A stretch of 64,000 nt of DNA, taken from the NCBI GenBank assembly GCA_964016885.1, contig OZ024741.1, positions 259,098,001-259,162,000 on the forward strand, written 5' to 3'. How positions within the stretch are numbered: the stretch's first letter is position 1; each line of letters opens with the position of its first letter. Origin of the DNA: Eledone cirrhosa. Its lineage: Eukaryota. The translations under genes and the position numbers were made by a program. The notes beneath the pieces were generated by a model, which saw only the letters and a program-made list of their open reading frames with translations, searched no databases and was not told where the DNA came from. Shown piece by piece: positions 12,401 through 27,000 of this stretch.

Positions 12401-14250
12401 GTAAGTCGAAACACTCGTAAGTCGAAACACTCGTAAGCCGAAACACTCGTAAGCCGAAACACTCGTAAGTCGAAACACTCGTAAGTCGGAACACTCGTAA
12501 GTCAGAACACTCGTAAGTCAGAACACTCGTAAGTCAGAACACTCGTAAGTCAGAACACTCGTATCAAAACACTCGTATGTCAAAACACCCTTAAGTCAAA
12601 ACACTCGTAAGTCGAAACACTCGTAAGTCGAAACACTCGTATGTCGAAACATCCGTAAATCAGAACACTCGTAAGTCGAAACACTCGTAAGTCGAAACAC
12701 TCGTAAGCCGAAACACTCGTAAGTCGAAGCACTCGTATCGAAACACTCGTAAGTCGAAACACCCTTAAGTCAAAACACTCGTAAGCCAAAACACTCGTAA
12801 GTCGAAACACTCGTAAGTCGGAACACTCGTAAGTCAGAACACTCGTAAGTCAGAACACTCGTAAGTGGAAACACGCGTAAGTCGAAAGACCCGTAAGTCA
12901 AAAATCTCGTAAGTCAAAACACTCGTAAGCCGAAACACTCGTAAGTCGAAACACTCGTAAGTCGAAACACCCGTAAGTCGGAACACTCGTAAGTCAGAAT
13001 ACTCGTAAGTCAAAACACTCGTAAACCGGAACACCCGTAAGGCAAAACATTCGCATGTCAAAACACTCGTAAGTCGAAACACTCGTAAGCCGAAACACTC
13101 GTAAGTCGAAACACTCGTAAGTCGAAACACTCGTAAGTCGAAACACTCGTAAGTCAGTGCACCCGTAAGTCAGAACACTCGTAGTCAGAATACTCGTAAG
13201 TCGAAACACTCGTATGTCGAAACACCCGTAAGTCGAAACATCCGTAAGTCAAAACACTCGTATGTCGAAACACTCGTAAGCCGAAACACTCATAAGTCGA
13301 AACACTCGTAAGCCGAAACACTCGTAAGTCGAAACACTCATAAGCCGAAACACTCGTAAGTCGGAACACTCGTAAATCAGAACACCCGCAAGTCAGAACA
13401 CTCGTAAATCAGAACACTCTTAAGTCGAAACTCACGTACGCTGAAACACTCGTAAGTCGAAACACTCGTAAGTCGAAACATCCTTAAGTCGAAACACTCG
13501 TACACCGAAACACTCGTAAGTATAAACATTAGTAAGTCGAAACACTCGTAAGCCGAAACACTCGTAAGTCGAAACACCCGTAAATCGAAACACCCGTAAG
13601 TCAAAACACTCGTATGTCGAAACACTCGTAAACCGAAACACTCGTAAGTCGGAACACTCGTAAGTCAGAACACTCGTAAGTCAGAACACTCGTAAGTCGA
13701 AACACTCATAAGTCGAAACACTCGTAAGTCGAAACACCCGTAAGTCGAAACCCCCGTAAGTCGAAACACTCGTATGTCGAATAACTCGTAAGCCGAAACA
13801 CCGTAAGTCAAAACACTCGTAAGTCAAAACACTCGTAAGTCGAAACACCCATAAGCCGAAACACTCGTAAGCCAAAACATTCGTAAGTCGAAACACTCGT
13901 AAACCGAAACACTCGTAAGCCAAAACATTCGTAAGTCGAAACACTCGTAAGTCGAAACACCCATAGCCGAAACACTCGTAAGTCGGAACACACGTAAGTC
14001 AGAACACCCGTAAGTCAGAACACTCGTAAGTCAGAACACTCGTAAGTCAGAGCACTCGTATCGAAACACTCGTATGTCAAAACACCCGTAAGTCAAAACA
14101 CTCGTAAGTCGAAACACTCGTAAGCCGAAACACCGTAAGCCAAAACACTCGTAAGTCGGAACACCCGTAAGTCGGAACACTCGTAAGTCGAAACACTCGT
14201 AAGTCGAAACACTCGTAAGCCGAAACACTCGTAAGCCGAAACACTCGTAA
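3150..14250 (+). repeat. Higher-order tandem duplication, period 5568 bp (2 copies)
   Basis: A constant +5568 offset holds for 3210/8778, 3847/9415, 4523/10091, 6029/11597, 7586/13154 and 8463/14031. Rare variants such as gtcagtgcaccc and aggcaaaacattcgcatg occur in both copies. Confidence 0.92.
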
Positions 14251-17200
14251 GTCGGAACACTCGTAAGTCGGAACACTCGTAAGTCAGAACACTCGTAAGT
14301 CAGAACACTCGTAAGTCAGAACACTCGTAAGTCAGAATACTCGTAAGTCGAAACACCCGTAAGTCGAAACACCCGTAAGTCGAAACACTCGTATGTCGAA
14401 TAACTCGTAAGCCGAAACACCGTAAGTCAAAACACTCGTAAGTCGAAACACTCGTAAGTCGAAACACCCATAAGCCGAAACACTCGTAAGCCAAAACATT
14501 CGTAAGTCGAAACACTCGTAAACCGAAACACTCGTAAGCCAAAACATTCGTAAGTCGAAACACTCGTAAGTCGAAACACCCATAGCCGAAACACTTGTAA
14601 GTCTGAACACACGTAAGTCAGAACACCCGTAAGTCAGAACACTCGTAAGTCAGAACACTCGTAAGTCAGAACACTCGTAAGTCAGAGCACTCGTATCGAA
14701 ACACTCGTATGTCAAAACACCCGTAAGTCAAAACACTCGTAAGTCGAAACACTCGTAAGCCGAAACACCGTAAGCCAAAACACTCGTAAGTCGAAACACC
14801 CGTAAGTCGGAACACTCGTAAGTCGAAACACTCGTAAGTCGAAACACTCGTAAGCCGAAACACTCGTAAGCCGAAACACTCGTAAGTCGGAACACTCGTA
14901 AGTCGGAACACTCGTAAGTCAGAACACTCGTAAGTCAGAACACTCGTAAGTCAGAACACTCGTAAGTCAGAACACTCGTAAGTCGAAACACTCGTATCGA
15001 AACACTCGTATGTCAAAACACCAGTAAGTCGAAACACTCGTATCGAAACACTCGTATGTCAAAACACCAGTAAGTCAAAACACTCGTAAGTCGAAACACT
15101 CGTAAGCCGAAACACCGTAAGTCGAAACACCCGTATGTCGAAACACTCGTAAGCCGAAACACTCGTAAGTCGAAACACTCGTAAGCCGAAACACTCGTAA
15201 GTCGAAACACCCGTAAATCGAAACACCCGTAAGTCAAAACACTCGTATGTCGAAACACTCGTAAGTATAAACATTAGTAAGTCGAAACACTCGTAAGCCG
15301 AAACACTCGTAAGTCGAAACACCCGTAAATCGAAACACCCGTAAGTCAAAACACTCGTAAGTCGAAACACTCGTAAACCGAAACACTCGTAAGTCGGAAC
15401 ACTCGTAAGTCAGAACACCAGTAAGTCAGAACACTCGTAAGTCGAAACACTCGTAAGCCGAAACACCGTAAGTCGAAACACCCGTATGTCGAAACACTCG
15501 TAAGCCGAAACACTCGTAAGTCGAAACACTCGTAGTCGAAACACTCGTAAGTCGAAACACCCGTAAGTCGAAACACTCGTAAGTCGAAACACTCGTAAGC
15601 CGAAACACTCGTAAGTCGAAACACTCGTAAGTCGAAACACTCGTAAGTCAGAACACTCGTAGTCAGAACACTCGTAAGTCAAACCACTCGTAAGCCGAAA
15701 CACTCGTAAGTCGAAACACTCGTAAGTCGAAACACTCGTAAGTCGAAAAACTCGTAAGCCAGAACACTCGTAAGTCAGAACACTCGTAAGTCAGAACACT
15801 CGTAAGTCGAAACACTCGTAAGTCGAAACACCGTAAGTCAAAACACTCGTATGTCGAAACATCCGTAAATCAGAACACTCCTAAGTCAAAACACTCGTAA
15901 GTCGAAACACTCGTAAGTCAAAAATACTCGTAAGTCGAAACACCCTTAAGTAAAAACACTCGTAAGTCGAAACACTCGTAAGCCGAAACACCCGTCAGTT
16001 AAAACACCCGTAAGTCGAAACACTCGTAAGTCAAAACTCTCGTACGCCGAAACACTCGTAAGTAAAAACATTAGTAAGTCGAAACACTCGTAAGCCGAAA
16101 GACTCATAAGTCGAAACACTCGTAAGCCGAAACACCCGTAAGTCAAAACATTCGTAAGTCAAAACACTCGTAAGTCGAAACACCCGTAAGTCGAAACACT
16201 CGTATGTCGAAACACTCGTAAGCCGAAACACCGTAAGTAAAAACACTCGTAAGTCGAAACACCCACAAGTCGAAACACTCGTAAGCCGAAACACTCGTAA
16301 GTCGAAACACTCATAAGCCGAAACACTCGTAAGTCGGAACACTCGTAAATCAGAACAGCCGCAAGTCAGAACACTCGTATCGAAACACTCGTATGTCAAA
16401 ACACCCGTAAGTCAAAACACTCGTAAGTCGAAACACTCGTAAGCCGAAACACCGTAAGTAAAAAAACTCGTAAGTCGAAATACTCGTAAGTCGAAACACT
16501 CGTAAGCCGAAACAATCGTAATTCAAAACACTCGTAAGTCGAAACACTCGTAAGCCGAAACAATCGTAAGTCGAAACACTCGTAAGCCGAAAATACTCGT
16601 AAGTCGGAACACCCGTAAGCCGAAACACTCGTATGTCGAAACACTCGTAAGCCGAAACAACATAAGTAAAAACACTCGTAAGTCGAAACACCCATAAGTC
16701 GAAACACTCGTAAGCCGAAACACTCGTAAGTCGAAACACTCATAAGCCGAAACACTCGTAAGTCGGAACACTCGTAAATCAGAACACCCGCAAGTCAGAA
16801 CACTCGTAAATCAGAACACTCGTAAGTCAGAACACTCGTAAGTCGAAACACTCATAAGTCGAAACACTCGTAAGTCGAAACACCCGTAAGTCGAAACCCC
16901 CGTAAGTCGAAACACTCGTATGTCGAATAACTCGTAAGCCGAAACACCGTAAGTCAAAACACTCGTAAGTCGAAACACTCGTAAATCAGAACACCCGCAA
17001 GTCAGAACACTCGTAAATCAGAACACTCGTAAGTCAGAACACTCGTAAGTCGAAACTCACGTACGCTGAAACACTGGTAAGTCGAAACACTCGTAAGTCG
17101 AAACATCCTTAAGTCGAAACACTCGTACACCGAAACACTCGTAAGTATAAACATTAGTAAGTCGAAACACTCGTAAGCCGAAACACTCGTAAGTCGAAAC

Positions 17201-18009
17201 ACCCGTAAATCGAAACACCCGTAAGTCAAAACACTCGTATGTCGAAACACTCGTAAACCGAAACACTCGTAAGTCGGAACACTCGTAAGTCAGAACACTC
17301 GTAAGTCAGAACACTCGTAAGTCGAAACACTCATAAGTCGAAACACTCGTAAGTCGAAACACCCGTAAGTCGAAACCCCCGTAAGTCGAAACACTCGTAT
17401 GTCGAATAACTCGTAAGCCGAAACACCGTAAGTCAAAACACTCGTAAGTCGAAACACTCGTAAGTCGAAACACCCATAAGCCGAAACACTCGTAAGCCAA
17501 AACATTCGTAAGTCGAAACACTCGTAAACCGAAACACTCGTAAGCCAAAACATTCGTAAGTCGAAACACTCGTAAGTCGAAACACCCATAGCCGAAACAC
17601 TCGTAAGTCGGAACACACGTAAGTCAGAACACCCGTAAGTCAGAACACTCGTAAGTCAGAACACTCGTAAGTCAGAACACTCGTAAGTCAGAGCACTCGT
17701 ATCGAAACACTCGTATGTCAAAACACCAGCAAGTCAAAACACTCGTAAGTCGAAACACTCGTAAGCCGAAACACCGTAAGCCAAAACACTCGTAAGTCGA
17801 AACACCCGTAAGTCGGAACACTCGTAAGTCGAAACACTCGTAAGTCGAAACACTCGTAAGCCGAAACACTCGTAAGCCGAAACACTCGTAAGTCGGAACA
17901 CTCGTAAGTCGGAACACTCGTAAGTCAGAACACTCGTAAGTCAGAACACTCGTAAGTCAGAACACTCGTAAGTCAGAATACTCGTAAGTCGAAACACTCG
18001 TAAGTCGAA

Positions 18010-21000
18010 ACACTCGTATGTCGAAACATCCGTAAATCAGAACACTCGTAAGTCGAAACACTCGTAAGCCGAAACACTCGTAAGTCGAAACACTCGTATC
18101 GAAACACTCGTAAGTCGAAACACCCTTAAGTCAAAACACTCGTAAGCCAAAACACTCGTAAGTCGAAACACTCGTAAGTCGGAACACTCGTAAGTCAGAA
18201 CACTCGTAAGTCAGAACACTCGTAAGTGGAAACACGCGTAAGTCGAAAGACCCGTAAGTCAAAAATCTCGTAAGTCAAAACACTCGTAAGCCGAAACACT
18301 CGTAAGTCGAAACACTCGTAAGTCGAAACATTCGTAAAGCGAAACGTATAAATAAAGATTAATGTAATGAACTTGAAAAGCATAGATATTTGAAACCGCG
18401 TCTATTTGTTATTTTCGTAAGTCGAAACACTCGTAAGTCAGAACACTCGTAAGTCAGAACACTCTTAAGTGAGAACACTCGTATCGAAACACTCGTATGT
18501 CAAAACACCCGTAAGTCAAAACACTCGTAAGTCGAAACACTCGTAAGTCGAAACACTCGTAAGCCGAAACAATCGTAAGTCAAAACACTCGTAAGTCGAA
18601 ACACTCGTAAGCCGAAAATACTCGTAAGTCGGAACACCCGTAAGCCGAAACCCTCGTAGTTCGGAACACTCGTAAGTCGAAACACTCGTAAGTCGAAACA
18701 CCCGTAAGTCGAAACACTCGTAAGTCGAAACACCCGTAAGTCGAAACATCCGTAAGACAAAACACTCGTATGTCGAAACACTCGTAAGCCGAGACACTCG
18801 TAAGTCGGAACACTCGCAAGTCAGAACACTCGTAAGTCAGAACACTCGTAAGTCGAAACACTCGTAAGTCGAAACACCCGTAAGTCGAAACGCCCGTAAG
18901 TCAAAACACTCGTATGTCGAAACACTCGCAAGCCGAAAAACCGTAAGTCAAAACACTCGTAAGTCGAAACACTCGTAAGTCGAAACACTCGTAAGCCGAA
19001 ACACTCGTAAGCGAAAACATTCGTAAGTCGAAACACTCGTAACCCGAAACACTCGTAAGTCGAAACACTCGAAAGCCGAAACACTCGTAAGTCGAAACAA
19101 TCATAAGCCGAAACACTCGTAAGTCGGAACACTCGTAAGTCAGAACACCCGTAAGTCAGAACACTCGTAGTCAGAACACTCGTAAGTCGAAACACTCGTA
19201 AGCCGAAACACTCGCAAGTCGAAGCACTCGTAATCCGAAACACTCTTAAGTCGAAACACTCGTAAGTCAGAACACTCGTAAGTCGAAACACTCGTAAGCC
19301 GAAACATCCGTAAGTCAAAACATCCGTAAGTCAAAACATTCGTAAGTCGAAACACGCGTAAGTCGAAACACATGTAAGTCAAAACACTCGTAAGTCAAAA
19401 CACTCGTAAGGCGAAACACTCGTGAGTCGAAACACTCGTAAGTTGAAACACTCGTAAAGCGAAACGTATAAATAAAGATTAATGTAATGAATTTGAAAAG
19501 CATAGAGATTTGAAACCGCGTCTATTTGTTATTTTCGTAAGTCGAAACACTCGTAAGCCGAAGCACTCGTGAGCCGAAACACTCGTAAGTCGGAACACTC
19601 GTAAGTCAGAACACTCGTAAGTCAGAACACTCGTAAGTTAGAACACTCGTAAGTCAGAACACTCGTAAGTCAGAACACTCGTAAGTCAGAACACTCGTAA
19701 GTCGAAACACTCGTATCGAAACACTCGTATGTCAAAACAGCAGTAAGTCAAAACACTCGTAAGTCGAAACACTCGTAAGCCGAAACACCGTAAGTCAAAA
19801 CACTCGTAAGTCGAAACACTCGTAAGTCGAAACACTCGTAAGTCGAAACACTCGTAATCCGAAACACTCGTAAGCCGAAACACTCGTAAGTCGAAACACT
19901 CGTAAGTCGAAACACTCGTAAGCCGAAACACTCGTAAGCCGAAACACTCGTAAGTCGGAACACTCGTAAGTCAGAACACTCATAAGTCAGAACACTCGTA
20001 AGTCAGAACACTCGTAAGTCGAAACACTCGTAAGCCGAAACACCGTAAGTCGAAACACCCGTATGTCGAAACACTCGTAAGCCGAAACACTCTTAAGTCG
20101 AAACACTCATAAGCCGAAACACTCGTAAGTCGGAACACTCGTAAATCAGAACACCCGCAAGTCAGAACACTCGTAAATCAGAACACTCTTAAGTCGAAAC
20201 TTACGTACGCCGAAACAATCGTAAGTCGAAACACTCGTAAGTCGAAACATCCTTAAGTCGAAACACTCGTACACCGAAACCCTCGTAAGTATAAACATTA
20301 GTAAGTCGAAACACTCGTATGTCGAAACACTCGTAAACCGAATCACTCGTAAGTCGGAACACTCGTAAGTCAGAACACTCGTAAGTCAGAACACTCGTAA
20401 GTCGAAACACTCATAAGTCGAAACACTCGTAAGTCGAAACACCCGTAAGTCGAAACACCCGTAAGTCGAAACACTCGTATGTCGAATAACTCGTAAGCCG
20501 AAACACCGTAAGTCAAAACACTCGTAAGTCGAAACACTCGTAAGTCGAAACACCCATAAGCCGAAACACTCGTAAGCCAAAACATTCGTAAGTCGAAACA
20601 CTCGTAAACCGAAACACTCGTAAGCCAAAACATTCGTAAGTTGGAACACTCGTAAGTCAGAACACTCATAAGTCAGAACACTCGTAAGTCAGAACACTCG
20701 TAAGTCGAAACACTCGTAAGCCGAAACACCGTAAGTCGAAACACCCGTATGTCGAAACACTCGTAAGCCGAAACACTCTTAAGTCGAAACACCGTAAGCC
20801 GAAACACTTGTAAGTCTGAACACACGTAAGTCAGAACACCCGTAAGTCAGAACACTTGTAAGTCAGAACACTCGTAAGTCAGAACACTCGTAAGTCAGAG
20901 CACTCGTATCGAAACACTCGTATGTCAAAACACCCGTAAGTCAAAACACTCGTAAGTCGAAACACTCGTAAGTCGAAACACTCGTAAGCCGAAACACCGT

Positions 21001-24000
21001 AAGCCAAAACACTCGTAAGTCGAAACACCCGTAAGTCGGAACACTCGTAAGTCGAAACACTCGTAAGCCGAAACACTCATAAGCCGAAACACTCGTAAGT
21101 CGGAACACTCGTAAGTCAGAACACCCGTAAGTCAGAACACTCGTAGTCAGAACACTCGTTAGTCGAAACACTCGTAAGCCGAAACACTCTTAAGTCGAAG
21201 CACTCGTAATCCGAAACACTCTTAAGTCGAAACACTCGTAAGTCGGAAGACTCGTAAGTCAGAACATTCGTAAGTCAGAACACTCGTAAGTCGAAACACT
21301 CGTAAGCCGAAACATCCGTAAGTCAAAACATCCGTAGGTCAAAACATTCGTAAGTCGAAACACCCGTAGTCGAAACACTCGCATGTCGAAACACTCGTAA
21401 GTCGAAACACGCGTAAGTCGAAACACATGTAAGTCAAAACACTCGTAAGTCAAAACACTCGTAAGCCGAAACACTCGTAAGTCGAAACACTCGTAAAGCG
21501 AAACGTATAAATAAAGATTAATGTAATGAATTTGAAAAGCATAGAGATTTGAAACCGCGTCTATTTGTTATTTTCGTAAATCGAAACACTCGTAAGCCGA
21601 AACACTCGTGAGCCGAAACACTCGTAAGTCGGAACACTCGTAAGTCAGAACACTCGTAAGTCAGAACACTCGTAAGTTAGAACACTCGTAAGTCAGAACA
21701 CTCGTAAGTCAGAACACTCGTAAGTCAGAACACTCGTAAGTCGAAACACTCGTATCGAAACACTCGTATGTCAAAACACCAGTAAGTCAAAACACTCGTA
21801 AGTCGAAACACTCGTAAGCCGAAACACCGTAAGTCAAAACACTCATAAGTCGAAACACTCGTAAGTCGAAACACTCGTAAGTCGAAACACTCGTAAGCCG
21901 AAACACTCGTAAGCCGAAACACTCGTAAGTCGGAACACTCGTAAGTCAGAACACTCATAAGTCAGAACACTCGTAAGTCAGAACACTCGTAAGTCGAAAC
22001 ACTCGTAAGCCGAAACACCGTAAGTCGAAACACCCGTATGTCGAAACACTCGTAAGCCGAAACACTCTTAAGTCGAAACACTCATAAGCCGAAACACTCG
22101 TAAGTCGGAACACTCGTAAATCAGAACACCCGCAAGTCAGAACACTCGTAAATCAGAACACTCTTAAGTCGAAACTCACGTACGCCGAAACACTCGTAAG
22201 TCGAAACACTCGTAAGTCGAAACATCCTTAAGTCGAAACACTCGTACACCGAAACACTCGTAAGTATAAACATTAGTAAGTCGAAACACTCGTATGTCGA
22301 AACACTCGTAAACCGAAACACTCGTAAGTCGGAACACTCGTAAGTCAGAACACTCGTAAGTCAGAACACTCGTAAGTCGAAACACTCATAAGTCGAAACA
22401 CTCGTAAGTCGAAACACCCGTAAGTCGAAACAACCGTAAGTCGAAACACTCGTATGTCGAATAACTCGTAAGCCGAAACACTCGTAAGCCAAAACATTCG
22501 TAAGTCGAAACACTCGTAAACCGAAACACTCGTAAGCCAAAACATTCGTAAGTCGAAACACTCGTAAGTCGAAACACCCATAGCCGAAACACTTGTAAGT
22601 CTGAACACACGTAAGTCAGAACACCCGTAAGTCAGAACACTCGTAAGTCAGAACACTCGTAAGTCAGAACACTCGTAAGTCAGAGCACTCGTATCGAAAC
22701 ACTCGTATGTCAAAACACCCGTAAGTCAAAACACTCGTAAGTCGAAACACTCGTAAGCCGAAACACCGTAAGCCAAAACACTCGTAAGTCGAAACATCCG
22801 TAAGTCGGAACACTCGTAAGTCGAAACACTCGTAAGTCGAAACACTCGTAAGCCGAAACACTCGTAAGCCGAAACACTCGTAAGTCGGAACACTCGTAAG
22901 TCGGAACACTCGTAAGTCAGAACACTCGTAAGTCAGAACACTCGTAAGTCAGAACACTCGTAAGTCAGAACACTCGTAAGTCGAAACACTCGTATCGAAA
23001 CACTCGTATGTCAAAACACCCGTAAGTCAAAACACTCGTAAGTCGAAACACTCGTAAGTCGAAACATTCGTATGTCGAAACATCCGTAAATCAGAACACT
23101 CGTAAGTCGAAACACTCGTAAGTCGAAACACTCGTAAGCCGAAACACTCGTAAGTCGAAGCACTCGTATCGAAACACTCGTAAGTCGAAACACCCTTAAG
23201 TCAAAACACTCGTAAGCCAAAACACTCGTAAGTCGAAACACTCGTAAGTCAGAACACTCGTAAGTCAGAACACTCGTAAGTGGAAACACGCGTAAGTCGA
23301 AAGACCCGTAAGTCAAAAATCTCGTAAGTCAAAACACTCGTAAGCCGAAACACTCGTAAGTCGAAACACTCGTAAGTCGAAACATTCGTAAAGCGAAACG
23401 TATAAATAAAGATTAATGTAATGAACTTGAAAAGCATAGATATTTGAAACCGCGTCTATTTGTTATTTTCGTAAGTCGAAACACTCGTAAGTCAGAACAC
23501 TCGTAAGTCAGAACACTCTTAAGTGAGAACACTCGTATCGAAACACTCGTATGTCAAAACACCCGTAAGTCAAAACACTCGTAAGTCGAAACACTCGTAA
23601 GTCGAAACACTCGTAAGCCGAAACAATCGTAAGTCAAAACACTCGTAAGTCGAAACACTCGTAAGCCGAAAATACTCGTAAGTCGGAACACCCGTAAGCC
23701 GAAACCCTCGTAGTTCGGAACACTCGTAAGTCGAAACACTCGTAAGTCGAAACACCCGTAAGTCGAAACACTCGTAAGTCGAAACACCCGTAAGTCGAAA
23801 CATCCGTAAGACAAAACACTCGTATGTCGAAACACTCGTAAGCCGAGACACTCGTAAGTCGGAACACTCGCAAGTCAGAACACTCGTAAGTCAGAACACT
23901 CGTAAGTCGAAACACTCGTAAGTCGAAACACCCGTAAGTCGAAACGCCCGTAAGTCAAAACACTCGTATGTCGAAACACTCGCAAGCCGAAAAACCGTAA

Positions 24001-27000
24001 GTCAAAACACTCGTAAGTCGAAACACTCGTAAGTCGAAACACTCGTAAGCCGAAACACTCGTAAGCGAAAACATTCGTAAGTCGAAACACTCGTAACCCG
24101 AAACACTCGTAAGTCGAAACACTCGAAAGCCGAAACACTCGTAAGTCGAAACAATCATAAGCCGAAACACTCGTAAGTCGGAACACTCGTAAGTCAGAAC
24201 ACCCGTAAGTCAGAACACTCGTAGTCAGAACACTCGTAAGTCGAAACACTCGTAAGCCGAAACACTCGCAAGTCGAAGCACTCGTAATCCGAAACACTCT
24301 TAAGTCGAAACACTCGTAAGTCAGAACACTCGTAAGTCGAAACACTCGTAAGCCGAAACATCCGTAAGTCAAAACATCCGTAAGTCAAAACATTCGTAAG
24401 TCGAAACACGCGTAAGTCGAAACACATGTAAGTCAAAACACTCGTAAGTCAAAACACTCGTAAGGCGAAACACTCGTGAGTCGAAACACTCGTAAGTTGA
24501 AACACTCGTAAAGCGAAACGTATAAATAAAGATTAATGTAATGAATTTGAAAAGCATAGAGATTTGAAACCGCGTCTATTTGTTATTTTCGTAAGTCGAA
24601 ACACTCGTAAGCCGAAGCACTCGTGAGCCGAAACACTCGTAAGTCGGAACACTCGTAAGTCAGAACACTCGTAAGTCAGAACACTCGTAAGTTAGAACAC
24701 TCGTAAGTCAGAACACTCGTAAGTCAGAACACTCGTAAGTCAGAACACTCGTAAGTCGAAACACTCGTATCGAAACACTCGTATGTCAAAACAGCAGTAA
24801 GTCAAAACACTCGTAAGTCGAAACACTCGTAAGCCGAAACACCGTAAGTCAAAACACTCGTAAGTCGAAACACTCGTAAGTCGAAACACTCGTAAGTCGA
24901 AACACTCGTAATCCGAAACACTCGTAAGCCGAAACACTCGTAAGTCGAAACACTCGTAAGTCGAAACACTCGTAAGCCGAAACACTCGTAAGCCGAAACA
25001 CTCGTAAGTCGGAACACTCGTAAGTCAGAACACTCATAAGTCAGAACACTCGTAAGTCAGAACACTCGTAAGTCGAAACACTCGTAAGCCGAAACACCGT
25101 AAGTCGAAACACCCGTATGTCGAAACACTCGTAAGCCGAAACACTCTTAAGTCGAAACACTCATAAGCCGAAACACTCGTAAGTCGGAACACTCGTAAAT
25201 CAGAACACCCGCAAGTCAGAACACTCGTAAATCAGAACACTCTTAAGTCGAAACTTACGTACGCCGAAACAATCGTAAGTCGAAACACTCGTAAGTCGAA
25301 ACATCCTTAAGTCGAAACACTCGTACACCGAAACCCTCGTAAGTATAAACATTAGTAAGTCGAAACACTCGTATGTCGAAACACTCGTAAACCGAAACAC
25401 TCGTAAGTCGGAACACTCGTAAGTCAGAACACTCGTAAGTCAGAACACTCGTAAGTCGAAACACTCATAAGTCGAAACACTCGTAAGTCGAAACACCCGT
25501 AAGTCGAAACACCCGTAAGTCGAAACACTCGTATGTCGAATAACTCGTAAGCCGAAACACCGTAAGTCAAAACACTCGTAAGTCGAAACACTCGTAAGTC
25601 GAAACACCCATAAGCCGAAACACTCGTAAGCCAAAACATTCGTAAGTCGAAACACTCGTAAACCGAAACACTCGTAAGCCAAAACATTCGTAAGTTGGAA
25701 CACTCGTAAGTCAGAACACTCATAAGTCAGAACACTCGTAAGTCAGAACACTCGTAAGTCGAAACACTCGTAAGCCGAAACACCGTAAGTCGAAACACCC
25801 GTATGTCGAAACACTCGTAAGCCGAAACACTCTTAAGTCGAAACACCGTAAGCCGAAACACTTGTAAGTCTGAACACACGTAAGTCAGAACACCCGTAAG
25901 TCAGAACACTTGTAAGTCAGAACACTCGTAAGTCAGAACACTCGTAAGTCAGAGCACTCGTATCGAAACACTCGTATGTCAAAACACCCGTAAGTCAAAA
26001 CACTCGTAAGTCGAAACACTCGTAAGTCGAAACACTCGTAAGCCGAAACACCGTAAGCCAAAACACTCGTAAGTCGAAACACCCGTAAGTCGGAACACTC
26101 GTAAGTCGAAACACTCGTAAGCCGAAACACTCATAAGCCGAAACACTCGTAAGTCGGAACACTCGTAAGTCAGAACACCCGTAAGTCAGAACACTCGTAG
26201 TCAGAACACTCGTTAGTCGAAACACTCGTAAGCCGAAACACTCTTAAGTCGAAGCACTCGTAATCCGAAACACTCTTAAGTCGAAACACTCGTAAGTCGG
26301 AAGACTCGTAAGTCAGAACATTCGTAAGTCAGAACACTCGTAAGTCGAAACACTCGTAAGCCGAAACATCCGTAAGTCAAAACATCCGTAGGTCAAAACA
26401 TTCGTAAGTCGAAACACCCGTAGTCGAAACACTCGCATGTCGAAACACTCGTAAGTCGAAACACGCGTAAGTCGAAACACATGTAAGTCAAAACACTCGT
26501 AAGTCAAAACACTCGTAAGCCGAAACACTCGTAAGTCGAAACACTCGTAAAGCGAAACGTATAAATAAAGATTAATGTAATGAATTTGAAAAGCATAGAG
26601 ATTTGAAACCGCGTCTATTTGTTATTTTCGTAAATCGAAACACTCGTAAGCCGAAACACTCGTGAGCCGAAACACTCGTAAGTCGGAACACTCGTAAGTC
26701 AGAACACTCGTAAGTCAGAACACTCGTAAGTTAGAACACTCGTAAGTCAGAACACTCGTAAGTCAGAACACTCGTAAGTCAGAACACTCGTAAGTCGAAA
26801 CACTCGTATCGAAACACTCGTATGTCAAAACACCAGTAAGTCAAAACACTCGTAAGTCGAAACACTCGTAAGCCGAAACACCGTAAGTCAAAACACTCAT
26901 AAGTCGAAACACTCGTAAGTCGAAACACTCGTAAGTCGAAACACTCGTAAGCCGAAACACTCGTAAGCCGAAACACTCGTAAGTCGGAACACTCGTAAGT

